In this document: in pieces, positions 26,458-35,667 of the stretch
How the letters are laid out: each line of letters starts with the position of its first letter
How positions within the stretch are numbered: the stretch's first letter is position 1
Origin: Thermoproteota archaeon
GTDB taxonomy: Archaea > Korarchaeota > Korarchaeia > Korarchaeales > Korarchaeaceae
Reading direction: 5' to 3'
Assembly: GCA_026986575.1 (NCBI GenBank)
Contig: JALSOH010000004.1
Span: 512,001 to 576,000, forward strand
DNA: 64,000 bases
Made by a program: the position numbers and the translations under genes
The notes under the pieces: model-generated
Seen by the model: only the letters and a program-made list of their open reading frames with translations
Databases searched by the model: none
What the model was told of the DNA's origin: nothing

Positions 26458-27107
26458 CTGAGACCCATTATCCTAGTGGCGAAGTCCTCGTAGCTCTCCT
26501 CGAGATCGCCGTCGGGAGGTATGTCTCCCCTGTTTCTGAGGACCTCCCTTGTCAGAAGCCAGTAGACTAGGGCTAATGCCCTCCTTCCCTTATTGTTGGC
26601 GGGTATCGCCAAGTCTATGTTCTCCAGCGTGTTGTCAGCATCCACTAAGGCCACCACGGGTATGCCCAGCTTGACGGATTCGACATGAATCTGTCTGTCC
26701 ACCCTGGGATCGGACAGGAGCACGACATCGGGCTCCAAGTGGAGGGGCGCTTGGGGGTTGGTTAGGGTACCTGGAAGTATCCTCCCGGTTATGTAAGTGG
26801 CACCGGTGTATTCAGCGAACTTTCTCACGGGCTTGAATCCATAGATCCTAGCTGAAACGGCAAGTATTTTTTCTGGCTCGAACCTAGCCAAGAACTTCCC
26901 TGCAACCCTGATCCTCTCGTCCAGCTTTTTTATATCTATCATGCACAGACCGTCTGGTCTCACCTTGTAGATGAACTTCTCCATGTCCTTCGTCCGTATC
27001 CTAGTGCCCACGTGGACACCTGCTGACAGGTACTTCTGCTTCGGTATCAGCAGATCCTTATCCTCCACTGGAGGTACATTAGAGAGACTCATATCGTCAT
27101 ATCCCAT
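26454..27107 (-). CDS. rps2: 30S ribosomal protein S2
   Basis: [28 protein letters not shown]. Confidence 0.96.
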
Positions 27108-27111
27108 TTAA

Positions 27112-27315
27112 TCACCTCTCCATAACTGGAGTGAAGGACAGCTCCAGCTCGGCAAGATCTATGTGGCTTATGAACATCCTCCGGCAGCAGTATCGGGTCA
27201 CACCTAGGGAGTCCAGCACCTTACTTGGATCCTCCCCGGACATGACCCTCCGAGAGAACTCTTCCCACTTATCCCCTATCACGCTGCCGCAGGTGAAGCA
27301 CCTCACCGGGAACAT
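27112..27315 (-). CDS. rpoN: RNA polymerase subunit N (Rpo10)
   Basis: PVRCFTCG...RYCCRRM. Confidence 0.96.
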   Translation of the reverse strand: MFPVRCFTCGSVIGDKWEEFSRRVMSGEDPSKVLDSLGVTRYCCRRMFISHIDLAELELSFTPVMER

Positions 27316-27410
27316 ATCCTGACCTCGGCTGGGTATGACCTACCGAGGTTATTAAATTATGCCGTTGGGAGAGCTCCTGAAGGGAATGTTTCTAGGGAGG
27401 TTGATGGGAA

Positions 27411-28397
27411 ATGGCGTTCGAGCTCTGGATAGAGAAGTACAGGCCGAGGACCTTGGATGACATAGTGGACCAGGAGGATGTCATCCGGGCCCTTAAAGGT
27501 TTTGTGGAGAAGAGGTCCATGCCACACCTTCTCTTCGCAGGTCCTGCCGGGACTGGAAAAACCACTACTGCCTTAGCCCTAGCTCACGACATCTACGGTT
27601 CAGAAGAGCTCCTGAGGGCCAACTACATGGAGCTCAACGCCAGCGATGAGAGGGGCATCGACACCATAAGGACGAAGATAAAGGATTTCGCCAAGACGGC
27701 GCCCTTTGGTGACGTCCCATTCAAAATAATACACCTCGATGAGGCAGACAGCCTCACGGCTGACGCTCAGCACGCCCTCAGGAGGATAATGGAGATGTAC
27801 TCCGCCACCACGAGATTCATTCTGGCCTGCAACTACTCCTCCAAGATAATAGAGCCGATTCAGTCGAGGTGCGCGGTCTTCAGATTCGGTCCTATACCAG
27901 AGGAGGCCGTCAGGGAGAGGCTCGTAATGATAGCTGAGAAGGAGGGTGTGAAGTACACGGAGGAGGGCATATCAGCCATAGTATACGTGGCTGAGGGGGA
28001 TCTTAGGAGGGCCATCAACCTGCTGCAGACCGCCTCTGCCATGGCGGACGAAGTTGATGCCAAGGTCGTGTACAGGGTAGCGGGACTCGCCCACCCCGAG
28101 GAGGTGAGAGGGATGATAAACGCCGCACTGAAGGGGAGATTCGTCGCCGCTAGGGACATGCTCAGAAACCTCATGATAAACTACGGGATGTCCGCTCAGG
28201 ACGTTATCAAGCAGCTAAACAGGGAGATCATAGCCAGCAAGTCCATTCCAGATAAGATGAAGGCTCAGCTTATGGTATTCCTCAGTGAAGTCGACTTTAG
28301 GGTGACCGAAGGCGCCCACGGGGATGTCCAGCTTGCGGCCATGTTAGCCAAACTTGTTGAGCTAGGTGAGTCCAATGGCGGACCTTCCTTGGACTGA
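27411..28397 (+). CDS. rfcS: Replication factor C small subunit
   Basis: WIEKYRP, GPAGTGKTT, ELNASDERG, LDEAD, IQSRC. Confidence 0.96.
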   Translation: MAFELWIEKYRPRTLDDIVDQEDVIRALKGFVEKRSMPHLLFAGPAGTGKTTTALALAHDIYGSEELLRANYMELNASDERGIDTIRTKIKDFAKTAPFGDVPFKIIHLDEADSLTADAQHALRRIMEMYSATTRFILACNYSSKIIEPIQSRCAVFRFGPIPEEAVRERLVMIAEKEGVKYTEEGISAIVYVAEGDLRRAINLLQTASAMADEVDAKVVYRVAGLAHPEEVRGMINAALKGRFVAARDMLRNLMINYGMSAQDVIKQLNREIIASKSIPDKMKAQLMVFLSEVDFRVTEGAHGDVQLAAMLAKLVELGESNGGPSLD

Positions 28398-29619
28398 GAA
28401 GTACCGTCCTAAAAGCTTGGATGAGATAAAAGGGCAGAATAAGGCCGTTAGTGAGATAAGAGAGTGGATGAGGAGCGTCAGGGCTGGCAAGGTGAGCAAG
28501 GCCCTGCTATTGGTAGGTCCACCCGGATCAGGTAAGACCTCGGCAGCTTACGCGATAGCGTACGAGCTGGGATACGATCCAGTGGAGGTCAATGCTAGCG
28601 ATCTCAGGGACAGGACCCATCTCAAGTACGTGGTAGAGAGCGCCAAGGCCGTCAGTCTGCTTACCCTTAGCAGGAGACTGATAATCTTGGATGAGGTAGA
28701 CGCTCTTCCCAGCGAGGGAGGAGCTTTGGTGTCCTTGGTGAAGGAATTGATAACGAAAGAAGGGGTTCCCGTTGTGATGACGGCAAACGATCCCTATGAG
28801 AGACACCTGTACGAGATAAGATCGCTGTCAAAGGTAGTTAGATTTTACAGGCTCAGGTGGACCACTGTCCTCTCCGTACTTAAGGAGATATGCAGGAAAG
28901 AGGGCGTTAAGGTACCCGATAACATCCTGAGACAGATAGCTGTCAATTCACATGGAGATCTCAGAGCAGCCATTAACGACCTCGAAAGCCTCGTTAAGGG
29001 TAGTCACAAATTATCTGAGGTTATAGGAAAGAAGTTCGGCAAGAGAGATGTCGAGGCTGATGTATTCAAGGTACTCACAGCCGTGTTTTATGGAGAGAAC
29101 TGTTATTCCGCCTATCTTACGTCTCTCAATACAGACGTGGATCCTGATATGCTCTTCAGATGGGTAGAGGAAAACTTACCCTACGTTTACAAGGGAAGAG
29201 CCCTCTCTAGGGCCTATGACTATCTATCCTACGCCGATATCGTGAGGAGCCGCATAATAAGGACGAATAACTGGAAGCTTTTAGTTTACTACACTCAATT
29301 AACTACCTATGCGGTATGCACGGCCAAGGAGGCCAAGCCTCAAGGAGTGAAGATGAAGTTCCCTGAGATAATCAGAAAGCTCGCTACGACAAAGGAACTC
29401 AGGGTTAAGACGAGAGAATTCTTGTCTAGGCTTGCCAAGGAACTTCACATACCGACGAAGACTGTGAGGATGGAGATAGTCCCCATACTCATCGCTGATA
29501 GCAAGAGGGAGGGCAAGATCATAAAGAGACTGGAGAGGGATCTGGGGCTGAGGGAAGAAGACATAAGGGAAATACTGGAGGACCTAGAGGAGCACTACAA
29601 GTTAGAGATTAGAGGCTAG
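28375..29619 (+). CDS. rfcL: Replication factor C large subunit
   Basis: PWTEKYRP, GPPGSGKT, EVNASD, LDEVD, GDLRAAIND; ATG after GGTGA. Confidence 0.92.
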   Translation: MADLPWTEKYRPKSLDEIKGQNKAVSEIREWMRSVRAGKVSKALLLVGPPGSGKTSAAYAIAYELGYDPVEVNASDLRDRTHLKYVVESAKAVSLLTLSRRLIILDEVDALPSEGGALVSLVKELITKEGVPVVMTANDPYERHLYEIRSLSKVVRFYRLRWTTVLSVLKEICRKEGVKVPDNILRQIAVNSHGDLRAAINDLESLVKGSHKLSEVIGKKFGKRDVEADVFKVLTAVFYGENCYSAYLTSLNTDVDPDMLFRWVEENLPYVYKGRALSRAYDYLSYADIVRSRIIRTNNWKLLVYYTQLTTYAVCTAKEAKPQGVKMKFPEIIRKLATTKELRVKTREFLSRLAKELHIPTKTVRMEIVPILIADSKREGKIIKRLERDLGLREEDIREILEDLEEHYKLEIRG

Positions 29620-30750
29620 AGGGCTCAATTCCTCTCTCAATATCTCCTTTAGCTTCTCTTGTAGCTTGTCCGCTGGTATTGAGCCGAGAGATATCAGGGT
29701 GGTCTGTCCCTTCATACCCTCGCCCGACTTCTTTGCCTCCAAGAACCCCATGTTCTTGAGGTTCCTTACCCTCTTCCAGATGGCCGTGTACTTGTAGGGG
29801 AGAACTCCTACCTCTTCACAAAGGAGCCTATACTCCTCCAATAGATCACCCATCTTTATCCAAGACCTCCCAGATGAAGCTAGCCTCTTAGACACCGCTA
29901 GGAGCAGTATCTTGTCATGAAGATCCAAGGGAGTCAGCGAGTCCTCCGTTATCCCAATGACCCCGATCCTCGAGGCCGCCTCACTGACCATGTCCGGAGT
30001 TATCTTAGACAGATCAGCCTCTTCTGAGAGCCTAGCCGCTAAATACAGTATCTTCAGGGCCACTCTAGCATTACCCATGTGTTCCGATAGTTCTACAACC
30101 TTTCCCACGATCTCATCGTCAAAACTTCCCTCTTCCAAGGCTTCCTCAGCCCTGTACCTCACTATAGCCTCCAGCTGCTCCGAGGTGTACTTCTCTAAGG
30201 GGAGCCTAGTCACCATGAAGGACCTTATCGAGTCATCCATCATATACGGCGGATCCCACCTAGCGATCACCACGAGGGTCGGTGATTTGGGCGCATCTCC
30301 CTCATGAAGCCTCAGGAGGGTGTAAACTAGGGTATCTCCATCCCTGAGGTAGTCTACCTCGTCCAGAACTATTAGTAGATCCCTGTCCTCTCCAGATAGC
30401 ACCTTCTCAAGTATCAACACGACCTCCTCGTACGAGAGCCCCCTATCTGGTACTCCGGGGAGGAGGGAAGAGACCACCCTTTGGACGACGGAAGTCGGCG
30501 TCCTGTAGGTCCTGCAGTTGATGTGAACTACATCTAGGGAATTCAGCTTCTCCTTCAATCTTGCAGATGATAACTTGGCTACCGATGTCTTACCCACCCC
30601 CGGCTCTCCTCGGATGAGTATGAGTCCCTCGGTCAGGCCATATCCGCTGGCCAGTGTATTAACTAAGATGTCAACCTCTTTCTCCCTATGTGGCAGCTTG
30701 GGTGGAGTATAAGACTCCGAAAACTTGTGGGGATCCTTTATTATCGGTAT
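29602..30750 (-). CDS. cdc6: Cdc6/Orc1 replication initiator with apparent ATA start
   Basis: Frame is open upstream of the tracked GTG: IPIIKDPHKFSESYTPPKLPHREKE...GEPGVGKT; also INC, LDEVD, GNARVAL and C-terminal wHTH. Confidence 0.9.
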   Translation of the reverse strand: MPIIKDPHKFSESYTPPKLPHREKEVDILVNTLASGYGLTEGLILIRGEPGVGKTSVAKLSSARLKEKLNSLDVVHINCRTYRTPTSVVQRVVSSLLPGVPDRGLSYEEVVLILEKVLSGEDRDLLIVLDEVDYLRDGDTLVYTLLRLHEGDAPKSPTLVVIARWDPPYMMDDSIRSFMVTRLPLEKYTSEQLEAIVRYRAEEALEEGSFDDEIVGKVVELSEHMGNARVALKILYLAARLSEEADLSKITPDMVSEAASRIGVIGITEDSLTPLDLHDKILLLAVSKRLASSGRSWIKMGDLLEEYRLLCEEVGVLPYKYTAIWKRVRNLKNMGFLEAKKSGEGMKGQTTLISLGSIPADKLQEKLKEILREELSPLASNL

Positions 30751-30830
30751 TTCACATCACCGAGTGTTACGTCGCGATGGGAAATAATTTCATTGCGGTC
30801 CCCCATAGAGAGGGGGGTTAGGTGAAAGTA

Positions 30831-31841
30831 TTACTTCCTCCTCAGGGACCTCCTATAGAGGAGATAGCCAGCTATCTCGAGCATCACGATCCCTAGGGAC
30901 ACGCCTGCCACAATTACATCGGGACTCACGGGGTAGATAGGTATCTCGTTGGCCAGCTTGAGGGCATAGGTCAGGTTGGAGCCCACCCTCCTAGGGGCTA
31001 ATGTGGAGAACTTGTAATAGAGGTCGAAGAGCTCCTTGGCCTTCTTGGCAGCTTCCTCGTTTAACGAGAGAGTGGGGGATCTTCTGATATCTGCTATCTT
31101 ACGCCTTATTTGCTCCAACGTTCGAACCTCCTCCTGAGTGTGGTTGACTATCCCTAAGAAGAACCACCCGCTGTATCCAGACGATTCTCTAGTGTCCACG
31201 GTAGGACTCTTCAACACCCATGAGACTATGACTCTGAGCTCCTTGGACACATTAGCTAGGTAGATAGCGTTTGGAGAAGGTCTGGAAATACTTACCACAT
31301 AATTCTTCGGCAAGATGACCGTTAAGTTGAGAAGATCTAAATCTTTCACGAACAACTTCGTTATGTTGCTGTAATCCTCTCTAGTCGTGTATATTATACC
31401 TTTTCTCCCCTCTGACTCTTTAGGGGCTCCTCTCTTGGCTTCTAGATCTATCGTGAGCAGTAGATCTATTCTCTTAGACTTATTGTGGTATATGCTTTTA
31501 TGGATCTCCGCTTTCATGTCGGTAGGATAGAATTCTATGTCACCTCCTATGTAGGGGCCCTTCACCGTCTCCTTCACGGACTTCAGGAAGCTCCCTGTGT
31601 AGTTCTGTTCGCCAGTCTTATTAAGCAACCTCTCAAAGTCGTTAGCCCAGAGCCCGTACCAAGTGTAATTGACCACTACCCTAGCTGTAAACTCATCCTT
31701 GAAGAAGAAGGTGGCTTGAGTGCTCACATAATGGGGTTTCTCTGAGAGGATCTCTGCTCTCGATATCTGAGCCATAGAAACGAAAGTCATAAGTGTTAGA
31801 ACTGCAACGAGCGCGCCTTTGCCTATTTTTGTGCCATTCAT
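30831..31841 (-). CDS. Secreted protein with C-terminal membrane anchor
   Basis: Signal peptide, many N-x-S/T sequons, C-terminal TM followed by RRSLRRK. Confidence 0.7.
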   Translation of the reverse strand: MNGTKIGKGALVAVLTLMTFVSMAQISRAEILSEKPHYVSTQATFFFKDEFTARVVVNYTWYGLWANDFERLLNKTGEQNYTGSFLKSVKETVKGPYIGGDIEFYPTDMKAEIHKSIYHNKSKRIDLLLTIDLEAKRGAPKESEGRKGIIYTTREDYSNITKLFVKDLDLLNLTVILPKNYVVSISRPSPNAIYLANVSKELRVIVSWVLKSPTVDTRESSGYSGWFFLGIVNHTQEEVRTLEQIRRKIADIRRSPTLSLNEEAAKKAKELFDLYYKFSTLAPRRVGSNLTYALKLANEIPIYPVSPDVIVAGVSLGIVMLEIAGYLLYRRSLRRK

Positions 31842-31945
31842 CGAACACACCTTAGTCTGGAGATATGCAACACTTTTTCATTGGGCGAGATTATATAAAC
31901 GTAGTTGGGGCTTAGACGTAGCCTAGAAAAGTGAGGGTCCTATGA

Positions 31946-33082
31946 ATGCCGGATGAAAGCGATGTCAGGGTAGTAGAAGCTGGTTACATGCGCTGGATGC
32001 TCAGAGCCAACCCCTTCGCCTACCTGAGCAGTGAGAGCTTGGAAGAAGTGAGGACTCTACATGTCGACACTGATGTGGACGAAAGACTAGCTCAACTGCT
32101 TGATGAGGTCATAAAGGGTAAGAAGAAGCATCTTGTTTTTCTGGTCGGCGAATTTGGAACGGGTAAGACCCATAGGCTCAGGCTGATCAGCGAGATTCTC
32201 CTTGATGTGCCGACCTTCTACGTGAAGATAGATGTGGACGACTATGAAGCGTCTCTCTACAGAATAGCTACTACCGTCAAGAAGATGCCTCCTCTGAAAC
32301 CTCTTCGAAGGAAGTTTCCGAGGGATCCGGACTCTCTCCTCTCTATAATAAAGGAAGAGCTCAACAAGTACGATGTTGCAATACTCATGCTGGACGAGGT
32401 GGAGAACATTGTGATCTCAGGGACCCGAAAAGATGCTGAACTATTCTCCGAGTTCATAAACCGACTGTACAAGGGAATGGAGCCAGGCCGAATGCTGATA
32501 ATAGCCTGCATCCCCCCGGCCTACGATATAATGAAGAGGCTTCTTGGCAATATACCCCACGATAAGATCGAAATGAGGACCATCAGTCCCGAAGAGGCTA
32601 GTAAAATACTGAAGAAGAGAATACAGCACTATAGGGACATATTAAACGAAGAAGCTAAGGGTCTCAACTTAGGTGAGCCTTTTACGGAAGATCTGGTCAG
32701 GAAGATGAATGAGCTAGCTGGAGGAAATCCGAGGAGGTTGATGAAACTGGCTAGAAATCTACTAGCCATGCTAACTAGGGAACTCAAGGAAAGCGGGAAA
32801 CTCAGCCAGGACAAGATACTCAACCTGATTTCCGAAGCCAGCGAGGAAAAGGAGACTCCTAGAGAGAAGGAAGAAGAGGAAGAGGAGGTGATTCCCGAGG
32901 ATATAAGGCCAGAGATAGCTATACTGCGTAAGAAGTTCCCACCAGGAACTACTTTCTCGCTCATAGAGGCTTCTAAGGCCTTGGAGATGAAGCTGACTCA
33001 GACGAGAGAGCTACTGCAAGAGCTCATGGAGGAGGGGCTTATAGAAAAGGCTCCTGGAGGGAGGTTCCTTCTCAGGAGCTAG
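31946..33082 (+). CDS. P-loop/AAA+ ATPase with C-terminal winged-helix
   Basis: LRANPF, GEFGTGKT, MLDEVE, GGNPRRL, acidic linker, LQELMEEGLI. Confidence 0.75.
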   Translation: MPDESDVRVVEAGYMRWMLRANPFAYLSSESLEEVRTLHVDTDVDERLAQLLDEVIKGKKKHLVFLVGEFGTGKTHRLRLISEILLDVPTFYVKIDVDDYEASLYRIATTVKKMPPLKPLRRKFPRDPDSLLSIIKEELNKYDVAILMLDEVENIVISGTRKDAELFSEFINRLYKGMEPGRMLIIACIPPAYDIMKRLLGNIPHDKIEMRTISPEEASKILKKRIQHYRDILNEEAKGLNLGEPFTEDLVRKMNELAGGNPRRLMKLARNLLAMLTRELKESGKLSQDKILNLISEASEEKETPREKEEEEEEVIPEDIRPEIAILRKKFPPGTTFSLIEASKALEMKLTQTRELLQELMEEGLIEKAPGGRFLLRS

Positions 33083-33467
33083 TTTCTCCATATGCTTCAG
33101 TATCGAGCTCCTCTAAAACCCTCTCGAGTGATTCTCTCCATAGCTGCAGGATGTCCTTAGTTTCCATCTCCTTGAACGGTTCCTCCCCAAGGAACCTGTC
33201 GATCGAATGGACGATCATGAGTAACTCGTCCTTGTCCATCCTGATGCTTTTCCCCAACAGGCTCCTCTCTTCGAAGTTGCCCTCTCTTAAGCTCTTCACT
33301 ACCACCTGTAGATGCTCACGTAGGGCCGAGCCCTCGTCATAGCTCGAGAGCGCGCTAGAGATCCTCTTCAAGAGATCATCCTCGACTGAGCCTTTTTTCC
33401 TGTACTCCAGAAGCGCCTTTGACAGTAGTTCCGGCAATCCATCCAATACAGAGCTGTCCATACCCAC
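33072..33467 (-). CDS. Hypothetical helical protein
   Basis: 131 aa ORF with GGAGGTG SD upstream, fills the gap. Confidence 0.6.
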   Translation of the reverse strand: MGMDSSVLDGLPELLSKALLEYRKKGSVEDDLLKRISSALSSYDEGSALREHLQVVVKSLREGNFEERSLLGKSIRMDKDELLMIVHSIDRFLGEEPFKEMETKDILQLWRESLERVLEELDTEAYGETSS

Positions 33468-33520
33468 ACCTCCTAGAGGGAGGAGGAGGCATTAATAATA
33501 TCATCCTCCTCACGTATAAG

Positions 33521-33585
33521 CTGGGGGGATGATGTAAAAGGACCCTCTGATTCGTGAAGACGATCTTGAGTCCTGACCCCCCCAG
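33521..33585 (+). ncRNA. Box C/D methylation-guide sRNA
   Basis: Terminal stem CTGGGGGG/CCCCCCAG; C box ATGATGT, D' CTGA, C' GTGAAGA, D CTGA, 11-12 nt guides; TATA-like ATTAATAAT about 25 nt upstream. Confidence 0.88.
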
Positions 33586-33668
33586 AGAAATCCTCTATCG
33601 TTCTTAAACGTCACCCCGTCTGTGGGAGGGATGAAAAACTTTATTTAAGGGACCTCCTACACCACAAG

Positions 33669-33744
33669 GGGCCGGTGGTCTAGCGGCTATGACGCCGCCT
33701 TGACGAGGCGGAGGTCGGGGGTTCGAGTCCCCCCCGGCCCACCA
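33669..33744 (+). tRNA. tRNA-Val(GAC)
   Basis: GGGCCGG acceptor stem, CCGCC-TTGACGA-GGCGG anticodon arm, GTTCGAG T-loop, encoded CCA; TTTATTTAA promoter upstream. Confidence 0.96.
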
Positions 33745-33766
33745 ATGAGAAAAGAGGGACAAGAAT

Positions 33767-34048
33767 ATGGCCAGGTACTCGGTTTCTAGGCTCGCTGGTA
33801 AACCCATAATAACGGACAAGGGGCTCATGCTCGGAGAGGTTACTGATTTAGTTGTTGACGAGATAACTGGTAAGATGATCTCCCTAGTGGTGAGGAGTAG
33901 CAGAGGAGCTGCTGATGCTTTGCTGCAGAAGTTGAAAAAGGACAGGAAGGGTAACGTCCTAATTCCATACTCCACAGTTAAGTACATAAGGGAAATGATC
34001 GTTGTGGATGAGCGCCTCCTGAAGGTATACATAGCCACTAAAGGTTAG
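33767..34048 (+). CDS. PRC-barrel domain protein
   Basis: LAGKPIITDKG..LGEVTDLVVDEITGK...IPYSTVKYI. Confidence 0.85.
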   Translation: MARYSVSRLAGKPIITDKGLMLGEVTDLVVDEITGKMISLVVRSSRGAADALLQKLKKDRKGNVLIPYSTVKYIREMIVVDERLLKVYIATKG

Positions 34049-34314
34049 TCAAAGGCAGCTTCTACTGTAAAGGACCTTAACTCTTCCGTTAAGAGGATAA
34101 GTATCGTCTTAACCCTCAGGACGTTGGGAACATCTTTCTCGCTACAATAGAACGGTGCACTCTCCTTACCCATTAGATTCAGCATCTCCTTTGCCCTCTC
34201 AATCAGGTCCTCTACTTCCAAGGGGCTAGGATCTGGAAGCGATCTCCTAGCGAACCTCCTTATCTCCACATTCTTCTCTAGTATTAGGGTGAGCGACACC
34301 ATTCCCTCCCCCAC
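34045..34314 (-). CDS. Hypothetical protein
   Basis: 89 aa ORF filling the gap; start may be ATG 34302. Confidence 0.5.
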   Translation of the reverse strand: MGEGMVSLTLILEKNVEIRRFARRSLPDPSPLEVEDLIERAKEMLNLMGKESAPFYCSEKDVPNVLRVKTILILLTEELRSFTVEAAFD

Positions 34315-34369
34315 AAGGTGAGGGAAGATGTTTTATTACGGAGGGGCGCGGCAATGAAGAGGTGAAAGT

Positions 34370-34708
34370 TTGATGGGGATAGAGGCCACTCTAGAGGCCT
34401 TGGAAAGAGATCCCGTGTTTGACATAGAGGTGGCTAAGTTCAAATCCAAGGACGGATCTATTGTCTTCTCACTGGAGCTACCTAAAGATCTAATAAACTT
34501 GAAAAAAGGATCTAAGGTTCTGATAGATCTGGGTGAGGAGGCTGATGGAGATCTGGTCATGAAGGGGATAGTTTACAAGGTAGATGAAGGAGAAAAGAAG
34601 ATCGAAGTGTCTTTTCACGGTCTCTGGATGAGGGTGTCTTATAGGAGGAATCCGTTCGACTTGGAGGAGGGAAAGGAGGTATACCTGGTGATGAAACTCC
34701 TCAAGTAA
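34370..34708 (+). CDS. rpoG: RNA polymerase subunit Rpo8 (RpoG, RPB8 homologue)
   Basis: DLVMKGIVYK...VSFHGLWM matches the RPB8/RpoG pattern (YVMxGxVY...SFGGLL); GAGGTGA SD. Confidence 0.75.
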   Translation: MMGIEATLEALERDPVFDIEVAKFKSKDGSIVFSLELPKDLINLKKGSKVLIDLGEEADGDLVMKGIVYKVDEGEKKIEVSFHGLWMRVSYRRNPFDLEEGKEVYLVMKLLK

Positions 34709-34793
34709 ATAAGGTTTCTTCAAATTTATGAAAATTTTATTTGATTTATACGCAAGAAATGATTATATCTATGAGAAATTAATGCTATAATGT

Positions 34794-35525
34794 ATGAGGA
34801 GATGTCCGTTATGCGGATCTCCCCTCTATGATGAGGGAGGATTGCTAGTCTGTAGGAATTGTGGATTCATAGCCGACGAAGATCTAGTGCCCAGCATGTT
34901 TGACCGCAATGATTCTCCGATGACGATTAGAAGCAGATCATTGGAGCACATAGGAAGGGAACTGGATCTCTCAGAGGAGGTCATTAAGCTAGCTGAAGAA
35001 CTCGTAAGGGCATATAACTCCTTACATGGCAGGATCCACACACCTTCGATACTCTTAGCGGCCTTAATAGTGGCTAGCAGGCTGCAAGGATCACCTATAC
35101 CCATAAAAGAGGCGATAAGACGTCTCTCTATTGGAGTATCGCCTTCGAGAGTGGCTTTCTACGTGGGAAAGATCGAGGAGCTGATACCTAGGAAGGGGAT
35201 CCCTTGGGAGGGTTACATCAACTATCTGATAGCTAAGATGTCCAGAGATGAAGAATTCATGAGGAGACTGGGAAGAGCTTCAGGTAAAGTGGATCCAAGA
35301 CTCCTCTTGGAGAGGCTCAGAATGAGAGCGCTGAAGGAAATGAAGGAACTGAGAAACAGAAAGAGATCCATCTTGGTAGGGAGGAACCCCGTGTATGTCG
35401 CTGCCGCAGTTGTGTATATGGCCGGAAGGAAGATAGGGATGAGATATCTTTCACAAGGAATGATCGCTGATCTGCTAGGAGCCAACAGATCGACAATCTC
35501 CAAGGTCTTAGGCTTGGTGAAATAA
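34794..35525 (+). CDS. tfb: Short transcription factor B (TFB) paralogue
   Basis: Zn ribbon CPLCG...VCRNCG, cyclin repeats, GRNPVYVAAAVVY, C-terminal HTH SQGMIADLLGANRSTI. Confidence 0.8.
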   Translation: MRRCPLCGSPLYDEGGLLVCRNCGFIADEDLVPSMFDRNDSPMTIRSRSLEHIGRELDLSEEVIKLAEELVRAYNSLHGRIHTPSILLAALIVASRLQGSPIPIKEAIRRLSIGVSPSRVAFYVGKIEELIPRKGIPWEGYINYLIAKMSRDEEFMRRLGRASGKVDPRLLLERLRMRALKEMKELRNRKRSILVGRNPVYVAAAVVYMAGRKIGMRYLSQGMIADLLGANRSTISKVLGLVK

Positions 35526-35526
35526 A

Positions 35527-35667
35527 ATGGAGGAGAAACTGGAACTCGAGTCCATAGAGCATCAGATAGAATACTTGTTCTTCAAGTTAGATGACATAAT
35601 CTCTAGGATACGTGAAATTGAATCTAGGCTAGAACAGCTGGAGAGGAAGGTCCTCCATGAGGGCTGA
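35527..35667 (+). CDS. Small coiled-coil protein (46 aa, not in ORF track)
   Basis: MEEKLELESIEHQIEYLFFKLDDIISRIREIESRLEQLERKVLHEG; starts 1 nt after the tfb stop and overlaps the next start. Confidence 0.65.
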   Translation: MEEKLELESIEHQIEYLFFKLDDIISRIREIESRLEQLERKVLHEG

